Below, piece by piece: positions 46,505-52,194 of a stretch of DNA of 52,194 nucleotides (within the stretch, counting starts at the first letter, position 1; each line of letters begins with the position of its first letter). The translations under genes and the position numbers were made by a program. A model generated the notes under the pieces. It did not search any database, was not told the origin of the DNA, and was given only the letters and a program-made list of their open reading frames with translations. This DNA is from an archaeon (GTDB taxonomy: Archaea; Undinarchaeota; Undinarchaeia; Undinarchaeales; JBDRKL01), in NCBI GenBank assembly GCA_043814055.1, contig JBDRKL010000008.1, positions 1 to 52,194 on the forward strand. The letters run 5' to 3'.

Positions 46505-47578
46505 TTAGCCTTTGTTTTTTAATCTTGTGGCTTTTTCGTAGAATGTTTTAGCTGAATCCTTTCGGCCAAGGCAGTTCAGTATATCGCCCTTCAGGTTCAA
46601 ACTGTTGCAACTCGTTGGCCTCACTTTCAGCGCCTCATTTATAACCACCAGCGCTACGCCATACTTTTTCAGGTTATAGAAGGCCTCGGCTTTTGAGAAC
46701 AATCCCTGATAAAAATCCGGCTTCTGCTTTAGGGCTGTGTTAAACTCCCTGATGGCTTCCTTATGTTTCCCTAATTGTTTCAGGGCCAACCCTTTTCCGT
46801 GGTATGACGCGTACAGTTCGCTTTTTTTGGTTGTGTTTAGTTCAATTGCCCTGTTAAAAGCAAGCGCCGCCTTTCTGTATTTCTTCAGGCTAAGCAACAC
46901 GTTTCCCATATTATGCCAAACCACCCAGTCATTTGGGCTCTGCTTGTCTGCCTTTTTAATTGCCCTCAGAGCCGCTTTGGAATCTTTTTCATCGTGTTCA
47001 AGAGATAGTGCTGTGTAGTGCCAGTCCCTCCTATCCTTAGGCGTTTTAATCTTACCCATGTCTATCAGGCCTGTTTGAATCATCCTAATCTCAATGCCGA
47101 TTTCTCCCAACTCGCCGCCTTCAAATAATCCAGGGGCATCCCTGACAATTTTTTTCCAGTTCTCGCCCCTAAGCACCATTTTAACGTGCTGAGCAATATC
47201 TTTTGGCGTTGGCTTGCCGCTCAACTGCTGATATGATTTTTTGATAAGCTCGTCTATCGCACTGTTCCCAAGAAAATCAGTTTTCTCCACTATCTGGTTC
47301 AGTTCTTTCCCAAACTTAGTGTATTCCTGCAGTGCCTCTTTCTTTAAATCTGCAAATGCGTTTTCCCCTATTTTTCCTCTTTGAAGAACAAGGCGTAGTC
47401 GGCTCGTCACCTCTGCTCTTATATTTCTAGGCACCAGTCTGGAATTTAGACTCTCTAAAAACTCCTTTCTTGTTACGCTGACCCCTTTCTTTTCTATCAC
47501 TACTCCAAGCACAGCTTGAGGTAGTTTGTCAGGTGTTCGGCACTCATCATATGCAATTCGTATGCGACTCTTTATCAT
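46505..47578 (-). CDS. Tetratricopeptide repeat protein
   Basis: C-terminal TPRs (WHNMGNVL...A...FNRAIEL; YHGKGLAL...A...FNTAL; NLKGDIL...A...YEKA). Confidence 0.85.
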   Translation of the reverse strand: MIKSRIRIAYDECRTPDKLPQAVLGVVIEKKGVSVTRKEFLESLNSRLVPRNIRAEVTSRLRLVLQRGKIGENAFADLKKEALQEYTKFGKELNQIVEKTDFLGNSAIDELIKKSYQQLSGKPTPKDIAQHVKMVLRGENWKKIVRDAPGLFEGGELGEIGIEIRMIQTGLIDMGKIKTPKDRRDWHYTALSLEHDEKDSKAALRAIKKADKQSPNDWVVWHNMGNVLLSLKKYRKAALAFNRAIELNTTKKSELYASYHGKGLALKQLGKHKEAIREFNTALKQKPDFYQGLFSKAEAFYNLKKYGVALVVINEALKVRPTSCNSLNLKGDILNCLGRKDSAKTFYEKATRLKNKG

Positions 47579-47618
47579 TTATGATTATGTCTTGACAATC
47601 CGGACTTAAAAACCTTTT

Positions 47619-49082
47619 TCAATCAACATCAATCTGCGCTTTCTGCAATTTCCCAGAGTAATCAAAGTAAACCGTCTTGGTCTCAGAGAACTCATGAATC
47701 CCCTCAATCCCTGCCTCGCGCGTCCCATTCCCAGTCCCCTTCACCCCGCCGAAAGGCAGGTGTGCCTCAGCTCCAATTGTTGAAGAGTTAACATAAGTCA
47801 ACCCAGCCTCAATCTTCTTAATCGCAGTAAATGCATTCCTCATATTCTCTGTGTAAATCGCCGAGCTCAGGCCATACTCAACCCCGTTGCATATTTTTAT
47901 AGCATCCTTCAAATCCTTTGCAGAAATCATGCTCACAACCGGCCCGAAAATTTCCTCCTGCGCAATCCTCATGCTGGGTGCAACATTCGTGAACAGAGTC
48001 GGCTCGTAGAAGAATCCTTTATCTGAACCAACCTTTCCACCAACGAGCAGTTTCGCCCCCTCCTTTTTCCCAATCTCAGTATACTTATGAGTCTTATCCA
48101 CAGCCTTTTGATTTATGAGCGGACCAACATCAGTCTTTGAGTCAATTCCATTCCCAACCTTCAGCTTCTTAACCCTCTCAACCAGCATCTTCTCAAGTTT
48201 CCCTTTAACTTTCTCATGCACAATCACCCTGCTCGAAGCCGTGCATCTCTGCCCTGTAGTCCCGTAGCCGCCGAATAAAATCCCCTCAACAGCCAAGTCC
48301 AACTTAGCATCATCCATAACTATAATCGCGTTCTTCCCGCCGAGCTCCAACCCAAGCTTCCTCACTCCAACTTTCTTTGTGATATGCTCCCCAACTTCTT
48401 TTGAACCTGTAAACGAAATCCCGCGAATCTTCTTGCTGTCCAAAATCGCCTCCCCAACTTCTCCGCCTGGCCCAGTCACAAGATTAACAACCCCTTTCGG
48501 CAGTCCAGCCTTCTCAAGAATCTTCACAAGCTCAATCGCGCAGAGCGGCGTATCCGTAGCAGGCTTGAAAACCACTGTGTTCCCGCAGACCAACGCGGGC
48601 ATCAGCTTCCACGCTGGAATCGCAATTGGAAAATTCCATGGCGCAATCAGGCCCATAACACCAACAGGAACCCGCAGAGTCATCGCGAACTTGTTCGGCA
48701 GTTCAGATGGTGTAGTATATCCAAACAACCTCCTACCTTCGCCAGCCATGTACTCAGCAATGTCAATCGCTTCCTGAACATCACCCAAGCCCTCAGAGAT
48801 AACCTTGCCCATCTCAGTTGTAACCAGCTTGCCAAGCTCTTCCTTCCTCTGTTTCAAAATCTCAGCAGTCTTAAAAAGTATCTCAGCCCTCTGCGGTGCA
48901 GGAGTTTCGCTCCACTTGTCAAAAGCATCCTCAGCCGCGTCAACTGCAGATTTAACATCTTCTTTAGTCCCTTTCTGAAAAGTCCCGAGCGATTTCTTAG
49001 TCGCTGGATTAATACTCTCAAAAACTTCGCCAGAAGACGATTTCTTCCACTCGCCGTTTATTAGGATTTTATGCTCAGCCAT
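47619..49082 (-). CDS. NAD(P)-dependent aldehyde dehydrogenase
   Basis: PWNFP, FTGS, ELGGKN, GQRC (catalytic Cys), EEIFGP, PFGG. Confidence 0.95.
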   Translation of the reverse strand: MAEHKILINGEWKKSSSGEVFESINPATKKSLGTFQKGTKEDVKSAVDAAEDAFDKWSETPAPQRAEILFKTAEILKQRKEELGKLVTTEMGKVISEGLGDVQEAIDIAEYMAGEGRRLFGYTTPSELPNKFAMTLRVPVGVMGLIAPWNFPIAIPAWKLMPALVCGNTVVFKPATDTPLCAIELVKILEKAGLPKGVVNLVTGPGGEVGEAILDSKKIRGISFTGSKEVGEHITKKVGVRKLGLELGGKNAIIVMDDAKLDLAVEGILFGGYGTTGQRCTASSRVIVHEKVKGKLEKMLVERVKKLKVGNGIDSKTDVGPLINQKAVDKTHKYTEIGKKEGAKLLVGGKVGSDKGFFYEPTLFTNVAPSMRIAQEEIFGPVVSMISAKDLKDAIKICNGVEYGLSSAIYTENMRNAFTAIKKIEAGLTYVNSSTIGAEAHLPFGGVKGTGNGTREAGIEGIHEFSETKTVYFDYSGKLQKAQIDVD

Positions 49083-49113
49083 GAGAAAGTGAAAGCGCTC
49101 TTAGTTAATAAGT

Positions 49114-49710
49114 CTAACTTTTTTCATTCTTTGGCTGCCACTTTCTTCTATTTATCCTATATCGTGCCCTGGTGTTTGCCAACTTTCTCATCACTATATA
49201 CTCCTTTTCAAGGAGGAACGTACTCAATGTTTTTATGCCCCCTATCCTCTTTTTCATACTGGGCGTAAACCCTGGAGTTTTGTATAGTTTTGAAACTGTT
49301 TTATTGAATTGGAGTCCATTAAACCAGTCTCCTTCACTGCTGTCAAAAAGGGTCTGCATTACAATCTCTATAACTTCTGTTTTTGTGTATTTATTTTCCT
49401 CTTCTGCACCCTGTGCCCCGGCTTCTGTTTTTTGCCTGCTCTTTTTCAGACCAATTAATCCTAAAAACTCTAAAGACTCTGCAGTCAGCATATATTTTTT
49501 CTTATACTTCTTCAGCCATCCTTTCTCCACATAGTCTGCGAGAAATGCTGCATAGGTTTTCTTGCGGTTTCGCACATCATCAAAGTATGCCCACCCTATC
49601 ACCCCTCTTAATTTAAGGCGAAAGTCTTCAGGACTGAATGGGGTTTCTCTATACTGTTCGTGAATATACTCAAGCCGTGTCTTAAGGAGTTTCTCTTCTT
49701 CCTTGTTCAA
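49114..49710 (-). CDS. Hypothetical basic protein (possible winged-helix domains)
   Basis: 198-aa Lys/Tyr-rich ORF coupled to the aminotransferase stop; YVEKGWLKK...YMLT and LLEKEYIV...RYRI resemble wings. Confidence 0.55.
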   Translation of the reverse strand: MNKEEEKLLKTRLEYIHEQYRETPFSPEDFRLKLRGVIGWAYFDDVRNRKKTYAAFLADYVEKGWLKKYKKKYMLTAESLEFLGLIGLKKSRQKTEAGAQGAEEENKYTKTEVIEIVMQTLFDSSEGDWFNGLQFNKTVSKLYKTPGFTPSMKKRIGGIKTLSTFLLEKEYIVMRKLANTRARYRINRRKWQPKNEKS

Positions 49711-50906
49711 ACTGCACTTACCGCCTTCAAAGATTCCTCAAGTATCCCAAGACCTTTCTCTGCGTCCTCTTCTGTAATAATCAAAGGAGGTGCAATTCTT
49801 ATTCCCTTGTACCCGCAGGTCAGAAGCGCAAGCCCATTTTTCAAGGCCTCGTTTACAACCTTTTTATTGTCTCCTTCTTTCTGCAGGTCAAAGCCAATCA
49901 TAAGACCCAATCCGCGCACATCTTTAATCGGATATTTCTCAGCGAGCTCACCCAGCCTCTTAAGGAAATACGTTCCCATCCTCTCCGCATTCTTCATCAA
50001 CTTTTCCTTCTCAATAATCTCAATCACTTTCAACCCAACTGCAAGATCAATCAAATGCCCGCCGCCCCAGGTACTACCAATTGACCCGGGTTCATTATTA
50101 TCATACTTTTTCGAAACCAGAGTGGCTCCGACGCAAAGCGACTTCGCAGCTGTCATTATATCAGGCTTTATGCCATAGTGCTCGTGAGCCCACCACTTCC
50201 CAGTCCTGCCCATGCCGGACTGAACCTCATCAATTATCAATGGAATATTATTTTCACGAGTCACCTTTCGTATGGTCTGCAGGAATTTTTTCCCTGCCGG
50301 CCTATACCCGCCCTCTCCCTGCACTGCCTCAACAATCACAAAAGCAGGAGCCCCCTCCATCCTTATGTACTCCTCTAATTCGCCAATCTGTTTATCATCA
50401 TCAGAGGTGCAAAACTCAATCACATGGCTTGGCAATTGCGGAAAATACTGCTTCTGTACGGCCTTGCTTTCTGTGTACGTCAAAGCCCCGAGCGTCCTCC
50501 CGTGGAACGCGCCCTTGCACGAGATTCCCGGCTGCCCGCCCCGGCGTTTCAAATAGACAAATTTTATCGCATTCTCCACAGCCTCTGCGCCCGAGTTTAT
50601 GAAAAGCACCTTGCTCATGTTCTCAGGAGAAATTCCCAAAAGTTTTTTCGCAAGCTTAAGCGCTTCGTCAGTATAATATGTTGTGCCGTCTATCTTGTAC
50701 AGCCCGCTCTTCGCATGCTCCTCAATAACTCTTTTAATCTCTGGCCGGCCATAGCCCACGTTGTTCGTGGAGAAGTTAGAGTTGAAATCCAGGTACTTCT
50801 TCCCCTCGGTGTCAAAAAAATAGCACCCGTCTCCGCTCTTCAAAGCTATAGGAAAACTTCCGGTCTCAACCCTACATTTCTTTGACTCAGACACGATTTT
50901 GTCCAT
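49707..50906 (-). CDS. Class-III PLP aminotransferase (GabT/ArgD/Lat family)
   Basis: NSGAEAVENA, FHGRT, VQGEGG, DEVQSGMGRTG, AKSL (PLP Lys), STWGG, RGLGLM. Confidence 0.92.
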   Translation of the reverse strand: MDKIVSESKKCRVETGSFPIALKSGDGCYFFDTEGKKYLDFNSNFSTNNVGYGRPEIKRVIEEHAKSGLYKIDGTTYYTDEALKLAKKLLGISPENMSKVLFINSGAEAVENAIKFVYLKRRGGQPGISCKGAFHGRTLGALTYTESKAVQKQYFPQLPSHVIEFCTSDDDKQIGELEEYIRMEGAPAFVIVEAVQGEGGYRPAGKKFLQTIRKVTRENNIPLIIDEVQSGMGRTGKWWAHEHYGIKPDIMTAAKSLCVGATLVSKKYDNNEPGSIGSTWGGGHLIDLAVGLKVIEIIEKEKLMKNAERMGTYFLKRLGELAEKYPIKDVRGLGLMIGFDLQKEGDNKKVVNEALKNGLALLTCGYKGIRIAPPLIITEEDAEKGLGILEESLKAVSAV

Positions 50907-50989
50907 AAACAAGCTAGTTATCTTTTACTTATGAACTTTTCCTGCAGATATGGAATAACTATAAAAACCACCACTTCCAAAAACAGCCC

Positions 50990-51460
50990 ATGGCACTTAC
51001 AGAAAAACAGCGCAACCTAATAGACGACGCTGGCTGGATAAATTCAGTAATAATAATTGAGGTTCAGGGCAATGACAAGGACTATGTCAAGGAAGCCCTT
51101 GAAACATTAGTAAACAGGATGGCTCGCGAGAAAGGTATTGAGATTTACGAAACTAACTACGATCCGCCCCAGGAGTTCAAGGAAAAGTGGTTCTCAATCA
51201 ACACAGAGGTCAAATTCCTCGCAAAGGACTTCGGCCTCCTAACTAGGGTTGCTTTGCTTTATTCCCCCACTTCTTTTGAAATACTGGACCCTCAAAAAGA
51301 CCTAAAAGTCCCTATTGGCGAGCTCCAGAACTCATTAGTTGATATTTCCCACCTTGTAAGTTCCTTGGCGCATGCCGTTTTTGTCCACCAGAGCGCCGCC
51401 AACCGCGCCGCAAAGGCAAAAAAGGCTAAAAAAGGGTCAAAAAACAATACAAAAAGCTAA
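50990..51460 (+). CDS. Conserved-looking archaeal hypothetical protein
   Basis: IIEVQG...VKEAL, FS...EV, YSPTSFEILDP pattern; function unknown. Confidence 0.7.
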   Translation: MALTEKQRNLIDDAGWINSVIIIEVQGNDKDYVKEALETLVNRMAREKGIEIYETNYDPPQEFKEKWFSINTEVKFLAKDFGLLTRVALLYSPTSFEILDPQKDLKVPIGELQNSLVDISHLVSSLAHAVFVHQSAANRAAKAKKAKKGSKNNTKS

Positions 51461-51468
51461 ACGAAACC

Positions 51469-51571
51469 TTTATATACACTCTATTCGTTACTATGTTCAA
51501 CAGTGTTGGTTTATTTTCGCTTTGTTTTATAGAAAACAACACTAAATAATACCAATCGGAGGTATAAAAAA
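51469..51571 (+). promoter_or_regulatory. Promoter, long 5'UTR and SD of the S-layer gene
   Basis: TTTATATA at about 51469-51476, inverted repeats (AGTGTTG/CAACACT; TTGGT/ACCAA), GGAGGT at 51558-51563. Confidence 0.55.
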
Positions 51572-52194
51572 ATGCAAAAAATATGGAAAAAAGCAGGAGC
51601 CGCCCTCAGCGTTGGCCTTATGATAGGCGCAACAATGGCCGGAGCAGCTTTTGCAGAAGAAACCGAAGATGTTGCAGCAATGGACCTCGGCGACTACCAG
51701 GACTTGATGGTCTCATCTGATGGGACAGTCACAGGCCTCTACGTAGTTGGCGAGAACGCCGCTGCTGCTGACGTGATTGCAGCTGTCGATATGGCAGGCG
51801 CAACCATGAACATTCAGGTTTCTGGCGACGAAGCAGGCGAGGGCGAAATCACCCTTACGCCTCTGACGACAGACGCAGCAGGTGTAACCAGGCACATACA
51901 GCTGGACAAGGACGCAACATATGCGTACGAGTTCGGCGGTTCAACCGCAGTAACAACAGATGTTATCGGTCCAGCAGGTTACGCATCTGGTGACGGTGTC
52001 GTAGACTACCTGTACAGCCACAAGGAAAAGGGCTACACGTACATCGACGGTTTGGAGAAGACCTGGCACGAAGAGGTTGAGATAACCCTTTCCGGTCTGA
52101 ACGCATCCAGAGATATGCTGGACACGCAGACAGCGGATCAGTACGACGAAGTGTTCCTGAAGGTTTCAGGCAGCACTATCAAGTACTACTACAA
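51572..52194 (+). CDS. S-layer protein, 5' part (runs off the window; not in ORF track)
   Basis: MQKIWKKAGAALSVGLMIGATMAGAAFA signal peptide, then DLGDY...YVVGENAAAADVIAAVDMA, typical of the Methanococcales/Thermococcales/DPANN S-layer N-terminal domain. Confidence 0.85.
   Translation, partial: MQKIWKKAGAALSVGLMIGATMAGAAFAEETEDVAAMDLGDYQDLMVSSDGTVTGLYVVGENAAAADVIAAVDMAGATMNIQVSGDEAGEGEITLTPLTTDAAGVTRHIQLDKDATYAYEFGGSTAVTTDVIGPAGYASGDGVVDYLYSHKEKGYTYIDGLEKTWHEEVEITLSGLNASRDMLDTQTADQYDEVFLKVSGSTIKYYY

Noticed and set aside
1-52194. Prophage, transposase, integrase or defence island
   Set aside because: No such protein motifs were recognised anywhere in the window

Overview
Archaeal chromosomal segment, most likely from a DPANN-type lineage (inferred from gene families and compact gene packing, not determined). 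It opens with a replication origin (ORB boxes) followed by cdc6/orc1-polD1-polD2. It also carries a complete A-type ATP synthase operon (H-I-K-E-C-F-A-B-D), genome-maintenance genes (lhr plus metallophosphoesterase, radA, rpa, hel308, scpB), rqcH, tRNA-Thr(CGT), tRNA-Leu(TAG), a large secreted alkaline-phosphatase-superfamily protein, an aminotransferase/aldehyde dehydrogenase pair and the 5' part of an S-layer gene. The most striking unexplained signal is that the two unrelated tRNA genes, about 3.6 kb apart on opposite strands, are each preceded by a structured leader. Both leaders end in an identical 24-nt sequence (AGCGTGTCAACTTCGCTAGAAGTT) abutting tRNA position +1, which suggests an undescribed tRNA 5'-associated RNA element. 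Other observations are two further structured intergenic RNA candidates, several small proteins missed by the ORF track (Zn-ribbon, RHH, 2-TM, Cys-rich), a gene frameshifted at a homopolymer, a 46-bp duplication at the tRNA-Thr 3' end, and a possible ATT start for atpB. All family assignments come from motif recognition by eye; no searches were run.
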